Positions 39,284 through 49,152 of a stretch of DNA of 64,000 nucleotides are shown one piece after another. A program made the position numbers and the translations under genes. The number at the start of each line of letters is the position of its first letter. The stretch's first letter is position 1. Source of the stretch: Candidatus Magasanikiibacteriota bacterium (lineage in GTDB: Bacteria > Patescibacteriota > Patescibacteriia > Magasanikbacterales > UBA922); assembly GCA_014729395.1 (NCBI GenBank), contig WJJZ01000006.1, positions 7,090-71,089 on the forward strand. The letters run 5' to 3'. The notes under the pieces are model-generated. The model saw only the letters and a list, made by a program, of their open reading frames with translations. It made no database searches and was not told the DNA's origin.

Positions 39284-39913
39284 ATGAATTTAGAAGAAAA
39301 AATGGAGCTTTCCCGTATTGTTATTCAACATGCATTAAGCAATTATGAAAAAATTTTTACCAGTTGTTCTTTTGGCAAAGATTCTTTAGTGGTGGCAGAC
39401 TTGGCTCAGGGCATAAAAAAAGATATTCAGTTTATTGGGATTGATACCGGTTATGAATTTGAAGAAACTTTGGAATACGCAGATAGGGTAATTAAACAAA
39501 GAGAGATGAATTTTTTTTGGGCCAAGCCAAGCATGGAAGATGTTGAAAGAATAGATAAGGAATATGGTGATTCTTTTTTAAAAAATGGCCAGTATAAATG
39601 TTGTGAAATGAAGCTGCCGGCAATTGAAAAACATTTATCAAGTTATGATGCTTGGATTACCGGGATTAGGCGTGACGAAACGGAAAGTCGTAAAACCACA
39701 AAAATTTTTGATCAAGGAAAAATTGTCAGAGTCAGTCCGATAGCTTTCTGGACAGAAGCCGATGTTTGGGGTTATATTAAAGACCGAGGGTTGGAATACC
39801 ACCCCTTGTATGATCAGGGATACAAGTCTTTGGGCTGCAAACCATGCACTACAGAGGGTACAGAAAAAAGTGGTGGCGGTAGACAGGGTCAATTTGAAAG
39901 AGCTGGGCAGTAG
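39284..39913 (+). CDS. cysH: Phosphoadenosine-phosphosulfate/adenylyl-sulfate reductase (thioredoxin-dependent, Fe-S type with CC...CxxC)
   Basis: SFGKDS, GIDTGYEFEET, GIRRDE..SR and HPLYDQGY.SLGC.PCT motifs align with CysH. The CC...CxxC pair indicates an APS-reductase-type Fe-S cluster. Confidence 0.75.
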   Translation: MNLEEKMELSRIVIQHALSNYEKIFTSCSFGKDSLVVADLAQGIKKDIQFIGIDTGYEFEETLEYADRVIKQREMNFFWAKPSMEDVERIDKEYGDSFLKNGQYKCCEMKLPAIEKHLSSYDAWITGIRRDETESRKTTKIFDQGKIVRVSPIAFWTEADVWGYIKDRGLEYHPLYDQGYKSLGCKPCTTEGTEKSGGGRQGQFERAGQ

Positions 39914-39970
39914 CATGTAAGATTGGGGCCTGTATATCCTTCACAGCTATTTATTTGCTGATAAAGCAAT

Positions 39971-40060
39971 GTCATTCCCGCGAAAGCGGGAATCCAGGAA
40001 AGAAGTTCGTTGTGATAGGCTGGATTCCCGCTTTCGCGGGAATGACACGGTTGATTTTTT
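39971..40060. repeat. Compound palindrome made of two 26-nt arms, each itself a hairpin (cccgcGAAAgcggg / cccgcTTTCgcggg), separated by 24 nt and followed by a T-run. Probably a terminator or REP-like element.
   Basis: Perfect inverted repeat read directly. GC-rich against the AT-rich background. Confidence 0.6.
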
Positions 40061-40112
40061 AATTGTTTGCTATTTGAAATTTTTATAGAAAATTAGTTTA
40101 ATATTTTTTATT

Positions 40113-41501
40113 ATGAACATCTTATACATCGGAGGAGGTTTTGTCGGGACATGTTCGGCCGCGGTGTCCGCTGATAGTGGCCACAATGTTTTGGTCTATG
40201 ATATTGATGAAAAGAAAATTGATAAGCTAGGTTCATACCAAAAAGACAGGATTGAATCTTGTATGTTTGAGGAAGGCCTTTATGATTTGTTGTCCAGAAA
40301 TAAAGAAAGAATTAAATTTACTTCGGATTATTCCAAAGTAAAGAATTTTCTCGATAAAGCACATGTTGTTTTTATGTGTTTACCAACGCCGGAGATCGGC
40401 GAGACGGGTGAGAGCGATTTAAGTTTTTATTTTGACGCAGCGGAAAAATTGGCAAATACATTAATTAAAAGGCAAGACGGAAAGCAAGATAATTATATTG
40501 TAATTGTAAATAAAAGCACGGTACCGATTGATATGGTTGGCAAGACAAAAGAAATAATGACCCAAGCCGGAGTAAAAAAATTTGGCGTTGTTTCAAACCC
40601 TGAATTTTTGGTTGAGGGTAAAGCGGTTCATGGTTCTGTGAGGCCTGACAGGGTTGTTATTGGTGGAGAGACTGAAAAGGATTTTGAAATAATGCGCAAA
40701 CTTTATGATCGTTTTTACAGTTCTTCCGGTGTAAAATATATTGAGGTTGGGGCAGGAGAAGCGGAAGCGGGTAAGTTACTTTCAAATTATTTATTATTCA
40801 ATAAATTGACTCAGTGTTTTGATGTGGTGGGTCGTACCTGTGAAACTTTTCCGGATTTGAAATTTGAGAACGTCAGAAAAATATTGATTACAGACCCTAG
40901 AATTGGTAATTGGGGTCTATATGATAGTTTGTATGCCGGTGGAAGTTGTTTTATAAAAGACTCCAGATCTTTATCCTATCAATTACAGACGGCAGGCAAA
41001 AATGCCACACTGGTAAATGAGTCTTATTTGGCAAATAAGCGCCAATTGGAATTATTTATAGGTCGTGCAGAGAGAGAATTGGATTATAATTGGGAGGGTA
41101 AAAAGGTGGCCTTACTAGGCTTGGCTTTCAAGCAAGACACGAATGATATTAGGAATGCCCCGAGTATAAATATAGTTAATTTTTTACTTGAGAATAGAGT
41201 GGAAGAAATAAAATGTTATGATCCGGTAGCCAATGGCGATTTTAAAAGATTGTTTGAACAGAGTAAAGAAGTTAAGTATTTTGAAACTGCTCTTGAGGCT
41301 TTACAGGACACAGATGCTGTCATCATAGCTACAGATTGGCCTCAATTTAGGGGTTTATATGACAGTTTGGTCGGACTTTATCGCGGTAAAAAAGGTTTAA
41401 TTATGGACGGTAGACGGATGCTCCAACATAAATATAATGATCTCTCTAGAGAAGGTTTTGATATTATAGCGGTCGGCTCTCCTTTACTTAAAGCTAAATA
41501 A
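40113..41501 (+). CDS. ugd: UDP-glucose 6-dehydrogenase family nucleotide-sugar dehydrogenase
   Basis: N-terminal GGGFVG NAD fold and a catalytic GGSCF.KD motif. Confidence 0.7.
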   Translation: MNILYIGGGFVGTCSAAVSADSGHNVLVYDIDEKKIDKLGSYQKDRIESCMFEEGLYDLLSRNKERIKFTSDYSKVKNFLDKAHVVFMCLPTPEIGETGESDLSFYFDAAEKLANTLIKRQDGKQDNYIVIVNKSTVPIDMVGKTKEIMTQAGVKKFGVVSNPEFLVEGKAVHGSVRPDRVVIGGETEKDFEIMRKLYDRFYSSSGVKYIEVGAGEAEAGKLLSNYLLFNKLTQCFDVVGRTCETFPDLKFENVRKILITDPRIGNWGLYDSLYAGGSCFIKDSRSLSYQLQTAGKNATLVNESYLANKRQLELFIGRAERELDYNWEGKKVALLGLAFKQDTNDIRNAPSINIVNFLLENRVEEIKCYDPVANGDFKRLFEQSKEVKYFETALEALQDTDAVIIATDWPQFRGLYDSLVGLYRGKKGLIMDGRRMLQHKYNDLSREGFDIIAVGSPLLKAK

Positions 41502-41504
41502 AAT

Positions 41505-42809
41505 ATGATATTACTTGAAGAACTAAAAACAAAAAAAGAAAAAATTTGTATCGTGGGGCTCGGCTATGTAGGTTTGCCGCTTGCAGTTTTGTTGTCAAAG
41601 AATTTTAATGTTATAGGTTTTGATATAAATGAAGAAAAAATAAATAATTTGAAAAATGGATTAGATAAAACAAACGAAGTTGAAAATCAAGAATTATTAT
41701 CATCCAATGTTGAATTTACAAGTTCACCGGATCGTATAAAAGAAGCAAAATTTATTATAGTGGCTGTACCAACGCCGATTGATAGAAATAAAATTCCCGA
41801 TTTAAGTATTTTAAAAAAGGCAAGTGAATTGGTTGGAAAAAATTTATCCCCCGGTAGTATAATTGTCTATGAATCAACCGTATATCCCGGAGTTACAGAA
41901 GATATATGTGCACCAATTTTAGAGAAATATTCCAATTTAAAAAAAGGAGTTGAATTTAATATTGGTTACTCACCAGAGAGGGTTAACCCGGGAGATAAGA
42001 AGCATACGATTGATAAAATAACAAAGGTTGTTTCAGCCGGTGATCAGCAGTCTCTCGAGGTTGTGGCGGGAATATATGAGAGTATAACATCAGTATTTAA
42101 AGCTAAGTCAATCGCGGTGGCCGAGGCTGCAAAAGTAATCGAAAATACGCAGAGAGATTTAAATATAGCACTTATTAATGAGTTAACAATTCTTTTTAAT
42201 AAGATGGATATTAGTATTTATGATGTTTTAGATGCTGCCGGAACCAAGTGGAATTTTTTAGGATTCAAGCCCGGGTTGGTCGGTGGACATTGTATTGGGG
42301 TGGATCCATATTATCTCACCTTCAAAGCAAGGGAAGTTGAGCATAATCCTGAGGTTATCTTGGCAGGTAGGGGTATAAATGATTCAATGCATAAATATAT
42401 TGCTCACCAAATCATAAAAAAAATGATATTACTTGGTAAAGATGTGAGTACCTCCAAGTTTGTTATTTTTGGATTGACATTTAAAGAAGATGTAAGTGAC
42501 GTAAGAAATTCAAAAGTAGCCGCACTCTATGAAGAATTGAGACAATTTGGAGTCAAACCGATAGTTTATGATCCTTTGGCTGATCCCAAGGATGTGGAAG
42601 AGGAATATGGTATTATATTAACAAAAAAAGAGGACCTGCCCAAAGCTGATACTCTAATAGTGGCTGTTACTCATGATGAATTTAGAAAAATGACTCCTCA
42701 GGAAATAAAAGAATACATGAATGATCATAATTTACTCTTGGTTGATTTTAAAAAAATTTATGATCAAGGGGAAATAGAAAAAGAGGGTATCAATTATTGG
42801 ACACTATAG
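41505..42809 (+). CDS. UDP-N-acetyl-hexosamine 6-dehydrogenase (WbpA/TviB/WecC-like)
   Basis: GLGYVGLPLA NAD fold and a GGHCIGVDPYYL catalytic motif typical of the UDP-GlcNAc/ManNAc dehydrogenase branch. Confidence 0.7.
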   Translation: MILLEELKTKKEKICIVGLGYVGLPLAVLLSKNFNVIGFDINEEKINNLKNGLDKTNEVENQELLSSNVEFTSSPDRIKEAKFIIVAVPTPIDRNKIPDLSILKKASELVGKNLSPGSIIVYESTVYPGVTEDICAPILEKYSNLKKGVEFNIGYSPERVNPGDKKHTIDKITKVVSAGDQQSLEVVAGIYESITSVFKAKSIAVAEAAKVIENTQRDLNIALINELTILFNKMDISIYDVLDAAGTKWNFLGFKPGLVGGHCIGVDPYYLTFKAREVEHNPEVILAGRGINDSMHKYIAHQIIKKMILLGKDVSTSKFVIFGLTFKEDVSDVRNSKVAALYEELRQFGVKPIVYDPLADPKDVEEEYGIILTKKEDLPKADTLIVAVTHDEFRKMTPQEIKEYMNDHNLLLVDFKKIYDQGEIEKEGINYWTL

Positions 42810-42847
42810 TTTTCAAAAAAAATAATCTACCATAATTTAAAATATTT

Positions 42848-43765
42848 ATGTCACATTATCTAGTAACAGGAGGTGCCGGTTTTATTGGCACAAACTTGGT
42901 AAAAAAATTACTTTCAGACGGTCACAAAGTGCGCGTTATTGATAATTATGCCGGTGGTAAAAAAGAAGAGAGAATTCAGCCCGGTGCGGAATATATTGAG
43001 GGTGATATAAGAGATGAGGCTGATTTGGAAAAAGCTTGTTCCGGAGGCATTGATGGCATTTTTCATTTAGCTGCTCTGCCGAGGGTAACTTATTCTGTGG
43101 AAAAACCATGGGAAACGCATGACGTGAACGTAAACGGTACTTTAAAATTGTTACTGGCTGCCAAAGAGCACGGCATAAAAAGATTGGTGTTTTCATCTTC
43201 TTCGTCCACTTATGGAGCTGAAGAAAAAGAATTGTTGTCTGAAGACGACAAAATAAAAAAACCAATCAGTCCTTATGCTCTGCATAAATTGATAGGTGAG
43301 CATTACTGCCGGTTGTTTTCAGAGTTGTATGATTTACAAACAGTAAGTCTAATATATTTTAATGTTTACGGCCCTTATTTTGATCCGGATGGAGCTTATG
43401 CCCTTGTAATTGGAAAATTTTTAAAACAAATCAAAGAAGGAAAGCCAATGACCGTCTGTGGGGATGGGGAATATTATCGTGATTATACACATGTTGATGA
43501 TGTGGTAAAAGCCAATATTCTGGCTATGACGAATGACAATGTGGGAAAGGGTGAGACTATAAATATTGGTAACGGCAAGCCAACCACTGTTAATGAATTG
43601 GTTAGTATAATCGGCGGTCCTCATGAATTTATTCCACCTAGACCCGGTGACCCACGTTTTTCCGGGGCTGATAATACCAAAGCAAAAAAACTCCTTGGTT
43701 GGGAGCCGACAATAAAGCTTGAAGATGGAATAGCGGAATTGAAGAAGGAGATGGGTTTAGAATAA
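42848..43765 (+). CDS. NAD-dependent nucleotide-sugar epimerase/dehydratase (WbpP/TviC-like 4-epimerase candidate)
   Basis: [12 protein letters not shown], a YxxxK (SPYALHK) catalytic motif and 305 aa. Confidence 0.65.
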   Translation: MSHYLVTGGAGFIGTNLVKKLLSDGHKVRVIDNYAGGKKEERIQPGAEYIEGDIRDEADLEKACSGGIDGIFHLAALPRVTYSVEKPWETHDVNVNGTLKLLLAAKEHGIKRLVFSSSSSTYGAEEKELLSEDDKIKKPISPYALHKLIGEHYCRLFSELYDLQTVSLIYFNVYGPYFDPDGAYALVIGKFLKQIKEGKPMTVCGDGEYYRDYTHVDDVVKANILAMTNDNVGKGETINIGNGKPTTVNELVSIIGGPHEFIPPRPGDPRFSGADNTKAKKLLGWEPTIKLEDGIAELKKEMGLE

Positions 43766-43857
43766 CAGTTTACAGTTCTCAGCCACCATTTCACAGACAT
43801 TTATTAAGTTTAAACATAATTAATGTCTGTTGGCTGCGAACTGATAACTGTGAGTTG

Positions 43858-45249
43858 CTACTGTCCCATCATCCTGACAACCACATTTACAGTTCGAAGT
43901 AATATAGACAGGTCGAGCAAAGCCGATCTGTTTTTTATATAATAAAGATCATATTGTAGTTTTTGTAATGAATCTTCTAAGGTATCGGTATATGATTGAT
44001 GTATTACAGCCCAACCGGTAAGCCCCGGTCTTACAGTATGGCGCAAAGGATAGTATGGCATTTTTTCTTCCAATTTTTTTGTTATTTCCGGCCTTTCAGG
44101 TCTGGGTCCTATTAGTGTTATATCTCTTTTTAACAAATTCAAACACTGCGGCAGTTCGTCCAGTCTTGTTTTACGTAAAAATTTTCCTGTTACGGTTATA
44201 CGCTTGTCATTTTTTTTGGCAAACTGAAAACCATCTATTTCAGCACTGCCATCAGTAGATAAGGCATACATGGATCTGAATTTATACATGGTAAATACCA
44301 AGCCATTCTTACCGACTCTCTTCTGTTTAAAAAAGATCGGTCCTTTTGAATTTATTTTTATTGCAAGTGCAACCAGTGGAAATAAAATTACAAAAAATAG
44401 AGCAAAAATTAATCCCGCACTAAAATCCATAAGGATTCTGAATTTATTGTAAATCGGCTGGTCGCTATTTTTTAAATGTTCCAAAAACCAACCCTCGGAA
44501 AAAACAGTTGGCGTGATTCTACCGGTAATGATTTCATAGAATGTTGGTGTGTCGGTAATATTGACATCCCAAAAAAGAAGTTCATACAATTCTCGAAGAG
44601 CCTCAGAATTTTTTTGTAATTGTGGCGCAATTACAACCAGTTGAGCCGATCTGGTTGAAATTACGGGTCTAATTGTATGCAAACCATGATAAATATCCAA
44701 ATCCGGATATTCATCGCTTCTGATTGTGTGATCGGGATCAATAAAAGCTATGATCTTATAACCTTTTTTAGGGTGTTTTTGAAGGGTATCGATAATTTCC
44801 GGGGTTTCGCGAGTACTGCCAACCATCACAACTTTTGTAACTAATTTTTTTGATCCTACAAATTTATTATATAGAAATCTCCAAAGAGCACTTAAGCTGT
44901 ATCCGAATATAATATTAAGTAATAAAATGGTTTTTGGACTTATTCTTGTGCCGGTAACCAGGTAAAAAAATATCACGCTGATTACAAGAGACATGATAGC
45001 GACCTCAACAAAACGTCTGTAAAATTTCCTATCGTTGGCCTGTTTTGATAAATCATAAAGTCCGTTAATATAATTTACAGTCAACCATAATAAAAAAACT
45101 ATGGAAAAAATAGCCGCATTGTATTCAATGCTTTGCCAAATTGGCAGTTGAAAATGCCTGATGGTGAGACTTAGACCAAGAGCCAACAAAAAAGCAGCCA
45201 AGTCACCGCCCATCAGTATGAATTGTTTTATTCTGTAAATAATTCTCAT
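43858..45249 (-). CDS. Initiating polyprenyl-phosphate sugar-1-phosphate transferase (WbaP/PglC bacterial sugar transferase family)
   Basis: N-terminal TM helices, then a C-terminal KRVGKNG..F..YKFRSM...DELPQ..N.L.G.MTLIGPRP catalytic domain. Confidence 0.8.
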   Translation of the reverse strand: MRIIYRIKQFILMGGDLAAFLLALGLSLTIRHFQLPIWQSIEYNAAIFSIVFLLWLTVNYINGLYDLSKQANDRKFYRRFVEVAIMSLVISVIFFYLVTGTRISPKTILLLNIIFGYSLSALWRFLYNKFVGSKKLVTKVVMVGSTRETPEIIDTLQKHPKKGYKIIAFIDPDHTIRSDEYPDLDIYHGLHTIRPVISTRSAQLVVIAPQLQKNSEALRELYELLFWDVNITDTPTFYEIITGRITPTVFSEGWFLEHLKNSDQPIYNKFRILMDFSAGLIFALFFVILFPLVALAIKINSKGPIFFKQKRVGKNGLVFTMYKFRSMYALSTDGSAEIDGFQFAKKNDKRITVTGKFLRKTRLDELPQCLNLLKRDITLIGPRPERPEITKKLEEKMPYYPLRHTVRPGLTGWAVIHQSYTDTLEDSLQKLQYDLYYIKNRSALLDLSILLRTVNVVVRMMGQ

Positions 45250-45341
45250 AAATCAATAATGGAATTTAACCATAAAATCAGTCAAAATTCAATACCCTGT
45301 AAACATTGATTAAATGCTTATTTAAAGTTATAATAATAGAT

Positions 45342-47345
45342 ATGACTGAGTTAATCAAAAAAAGAATAATATTTTTCTTGACTTTTTTTATTTTAAGTTT
45401 GTTTTTCGGATTGTTAAAACCGGTACAAGCTTTTTTTCCGAATGATGAATATGTTGAGCAATGGGCATATAGTGATACTAAGGTATATGAAGCTTGGAAT
45501 TATGCTACCGGTACCGAAGATGTTGTAGTAGCCATAATTGATAATGGTTTTGATACTTTTCATCCGGATATTAGAGAAAACGCGTGGAAAAATGAAGATG
45601 AAATTGAATACAATGGAATCGATGATGACGCCAACGGTTACATTGATGATGTATGGGGTTGGAATTTTGTTAATGATAATAATATTCCAAGACCAAATGT
45701 ATCCAGATTAACAGATGAAGAAAGACAAAGGGGCGTTTTTAATCATGCAACCGCAATAGCCGGGATAATAGGTGCGGCCGGCAATAATGCTAAAGATGGT
45801 GTCGGATTGAATTGGAAAGTAAAATTGATGAATCTAAAAGCTCTTGGCAATAGCGGTAGTGGTGACATGAGCAAAGTTTATGAAGCGATCATTTATGCGG
45901 TTGATAACGGAGCGGATATAATCAATATCAGTGTGGTTGGTTATGCTGCCGAAGAGTTGAAACAGGCAATCAAATATGCCTATGACAATAATGTACTCGT
46001 TTTTGCAGCCGCCGGAAACGAGGATATTTTTTTTGAAAATATTTTAAGATATCCGGTTTGTGCCGATCTGGGAGAAGATGAACAATGGGTAATCGGAGTG
46101 AGTGCGGTTGATTCCAGGCATTTTATTGCCCCTTTTTCAAATTATGGTGCAGGGTGTATTGACATTACCGCTCCCGGAGTTGATATCGCCAGTACCCTAA
46201 GGTATTCACCAACAAATGGTTTAAGTGAGAGATTTGGTGGTAGTTGGAGCGGCACTTCATTTGCGGTTCCTTTTGTTAGTGGTGCGGCGGCATTGGTAAA
46301 GTCGGTACAACCGGATTGGGGACCAAAACAAATCTATAATGTATTATTAAATTCGGTTCATCACACACCCGGTCAGAATGAAGAAGCATATGCACACCTT
46401 TTTGGAGCCGGACTGTTGCAGATTGATACGGCTGTAAAAACAGCTTTGGGAGAAAATCTTTACAGTCATTCTATAAAGAGTATAAGCTTGTTTAATAGTC
46501 TGGAGAGTAATTTGGTTAAAATAGACGGCTTTGCTTCTCCTGTGATAAATGAAAAAACTCCCGATTTGAGTAATATTTATGATATGGATGTTTTTAGAAA
46601 TGATAATGGCAAGCTTGGTTATGTTACTATTGAGCGACACAAAAAAGGTTTAGCAAAAGTAAATATATATGATAATAATTGGGTTTTAATTGATAGTTGG
46701 TTGACTGAATCCTGGGGTAGAATGACCATAAAAGTTGCCAATGTTGCTGTTGAGAATGGTGATGAGATTATCATATCACCAAAATTTTTTGACAATGAGG
46801 TTTTTAGAGTACTGAATTTTAGCGGTCAAGAAATTGGTAGTTATGAATTACTAGGATCTCATCGGGGTGTAAGTTTATCTTTTATTGACACGGATAATTC
46901 TTTGCAGCATATTTTGGTAAAATATCGATTTGACGATTTGGTCAGATTTGAGGAATTTAATTATTCCTTTGAAAAAATTAATAGTATTGATCTGCCATTT
47001 TTGAAGGATAATGGCTCTATAGATAGTGGTGATATAGATGGTGATGGGGAGCAGGAAATTGTTGTTTCAGCCAGTGAAGGCGATGCCCCTTTTATTGCCT
47101 ATTATGAAAGGGATGGAACTATGATAAAAAGATTTTTCAGTTATGATTTATCAGTACGGGGCGGAGTGCAAATAGTGGTAAGCGATGTTAATAATGATGG
47201 TAAAGATGACATATTAAGCATTAATAGAACAGGCCGAGATGAAGTTATTAAAGTGTGGGATGAAGAGGGCAAGAAAATTGACGAATTAAATTTTACATAC
47301 GAAGGGACTACACCCATATGGAAAATATTAATTAGCAAACAATAA
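45342..47345 (+). CDS. Secreted S8 subtilisin-like serine peptidase with a C-terminal FG-GAP/VCBS-like repeat region. The ATG at 45342 gives a signal peptide; the ORF opens at TTG 45306.
   Basis: Catalytic triad motifs VAIIDNGFD (Asp), NHATAIAGIIGA (His) and GTSFAVPFVSGAAAL (Ser). The C-terminal DGDGEQEIVV / NNDGKDDIL repeats are VCBS-like. Confidence 0.75.
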   Translation: MTELIKKRIIFFLTFFILSLFFGLLKPVQAFFPNDEYVEQWAYSDTKVYEAWNYATGTEDVVVAIIDNGFDTFHPDIRENAWKNEDEIEYNGIDDDANGYIDDVWGWNFVNDNNIPRPNVSRLTDEERQRGVFNHATAIAGIIGAAGNNAKDGVGLNWKVKLMNLKALGNSGSGDMSKVYEAIIYAVDNGADIINISVVGYAAEELKQAIKYAYDNNVLVFAAAGNEDIFFENILRYPVCADLGEDEQWVIGVSAVDSRHFIAPFSNYGAGCIDITAPGVDIASTLRYSPTNGLSERFGGSWSGTSFAVPFVSGAAALVKSVQPDWGPKQIYNVLLNSVHHTPGQNEEAYAHLFGAGLLQIDTAVKTALGENLYSHSIKSISLFNSLESNLVKIDGFASPVINEKTPDLSNIYDMDVFRNDNGKLGYVTIERHKKGLAKVNIYDNNWVLIDSWLTESWGRMTIKVANVAVENGDEIIISPKFFDNEVFRVLNFSGQEIGSYELLGSHRGVSLSFIDTDNSLQHILVKYRFDDLVRFEEFNYSFEKINSIDLPFLKDNGSIDSGDIDGDGEQEIVVSASEGDAPFIAYYERDGTMIKRFFSYDLSVRGGVQIVVSDVNNDGKDDILSINRTGRDEVIKVWDEEGKKIDELNFTYEGTTPIWKILISKQ

Positions 47346-47349
47346 AAAT

Positions 47350-48375
47350 ATGCCAAATGACAAACCAATTTTTGAAAAAAAGAATATTTTAGTAACAGGG
47401 GGTGCGGGTTTTTTGGGCTCCCATCTATGCGAAAAATTATTGGAGTCGGGAAAAATAATATGTATGGATGATCTTTCAAACTCTTCGATTCAAAATATTG
47501 ACCACTTGTTGCAATACCCAGACTTTGAGTTCATAAAATATAATGTTAACGAACCGATTGACCTATCTGCTTTCGAAGAATTGGATAAATTTAGGATAAA
47601 ATATCAGGGCATTCAAGAGATCTATCATTTGGCATGTCCAACAAGCCCAAAGAATTTTGAAGATTTAAAAATTCATTCATTAAAAGCAAATTCAAATTCA
47701 GTTATAAACACATTGGAATTATCTGCGAAATACAAAGCTAAATACTTGTTTGCTTCCAGTTCGGTCGTATACGGAGACGCAACAGAAGAAAATTCTATGT
47801 TTTCCGAAGATTATGAGGGAAGGGTAAATCATTTGTCTCCGCGAGCTTGTTATGATGAGGGGAAAAGATTTGCGGAAACTTGTGTAGCTACTTACAAACA
47901 GGTTTATAATATAGATGCCAATATTGCCAGGATTTTTACCACCTATGGTCCGAGAATGAAACTGCGGGATGGTCTTCTTATTCCTGATTTTATCCTGGAT
48001 GCGCTCGATGGTCGTGATTTGGTAATATACGGAGATGAAACTTTGACTCAATCTCTATGTTTTGTGTCTGATATGATCGATGGTCTGGTAAGGTTGATGA
48101 ATTCTGACGAGAGTGTTTCTATTGTAAATTTAGGTTCAGATCAAATTGTTAAAATGGCTGATGTAGCGCGTAAGATTATCGAGATGACCGATTCCAGCTC
48201 AAAAATTATTTTTGAAGAGCCATTGATGTTTTTGACAAAAAAAGGTACTCCGGATTTGCGTACGGCAAAAGAGCAGCTGGGTTGGATACCGCTTGTCAGA
48301 CTGGAAGATGGTTTGAAAAAAACTATTGATTATGCTATAGCAAATAGAGAGATATTAACTTTAAATAACAAATAA
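47350..48375 (+). CDS. UXS/ArnA-like NAD-dependent UDP-sugar decarboxylase/dehydratase (second copy, divergent)
   Basis: VTGGAGFLGSHL, SSVVYGD and [14 protein letters not shown]...ARIFTTYGPRM motifs. Confidence 0.65.
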   Translation: MPNDKPIFEKKNILVTGGAGFLGSHLCEKLLESGKIICMDDLSNSSIQNIDHLLQYPDFEFIKYNVNEPIDLSAFEELDKFRIKYQGIQEIYHLACPTSPKNFEDLKIHSLKANSNSVINTLELSAKYKAKYLFASSSVVYGDATEENSMFSEDYEGRVNHLSPRACYDEGKRFAETCVATYKQVYNIDANIARIFTTYGPRMKLRDGLLIPDFILDALDGRDLVIYGDETLTQSLCFVSDMIDGLVRLMNSDESVSIVNLGSDQIVKMADVARKIIEMTDSSSKIIFEEPLMFLTKKGTPDLRTAKEQLGWIPLVRLEDGLKKTIDYAIANREILTLNNK

Positions 48376-48376
48376 T

Positions 48377-49036
48377 ATGCTAGTTGCGGTTGTACCGGCT
48401 TACAACGAAGAAAAACGAATAGGTTCCGTCATCCGGGACCTTTTTGAGCATGTTGATAAAGTACTAGTGGTTGACGATGCTTCTACTGACAACACGTTCC
48501 AAGAGGCTCGTAAAGCCGGTGCGATAGTTTTGAAGCATGTTTTGAACCGAGGTCAGGGTGCAGCCCTGCAAACGGGTCATGAGTATGCTAATATTATAGG
48601 CGCAGACTATGTAATTCATTTTGATGGTGACGGTCAGTTCAGTACCAAAGATATATCCGGTGCCATGCAACACATGCAAGAAGCTGAAGTTGATGTTTTA
48701 TTGGGTTCCAGATTTTTACAAAAAAAATCTAACATACCGTGGTTTAAAGCCAAAATTCTTTTGCCTCTCGGCAGAATAATAAATAATTTATTTAGTGGAT
48801 TGAAATTGTCTGATGCTCATAATGGTTTTAGAATCTTAAACAGAAAGGCGTTTAATAAAATTAAAATTAATCAAGATAGAATGGCCCATGCAACTGAGAT
48901 ACCGGCACAAATAAAAAAATATAATTTGAAATATGTTGAATTTCCCATTGAAGTTAAGTATTATGAATATGGACAAAACATGGCCGGTGGTTTTAAAATA
49001 TTAAGAGATTTATTATTGGGTAAATTTTTGAGATAA
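48377..49036 (+). CDS. Small GT2 glycosyltransferase (Dpm1/GtrB-like catalytic domain only)
   Basis: AVVPAYNEE, VVDDASTD and HFDGDGQF motifs. 219 aa with no TM tail. Confidence 0.65.
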   Translation: MLVAVVPAYNEEKRIGSVIRDLFEHVDKVLVVDDASTDNTFQEARKAGAIVLKHVLNRGQGAALQTGHEYANIIGADYVIHFDGDGQFSTKDISGAMQHMQEAEVDVLLGSRFLQKKSNIPWFKAKILLPLGRIINNLFSGLKLSDAHNGFRILNRKAFNKIKINQDRMAHATEIPAQIKKYNLKYVEFPIEVKYYEYGQNMAGGFKILRDLLLGKFLR

Positions 49037-49152
49037 ATCAGGTATTGAATTTTAAATTTCGAATTTTGAATTTAGAATCAATTTTGAATAATTTAATTTA
49101 TAATTAAGTTATTAGTAATTCAATCAAAATTCAAAATTTTAAATTCAAAATT

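Noticed and set aside
49037-49152. Short A/T-rich palindromic repeats (gaattttaaatttcgaattttgaattt ... attcaaaattttaaattcaaaatt) considered as a CRISPR-like or mobile-element feature
   Set aside because: The repeats are irregular, only ~10 bp, with no spacer structure. They look like an AT-rich intergenic or promoter region with an imperfect palindrome.
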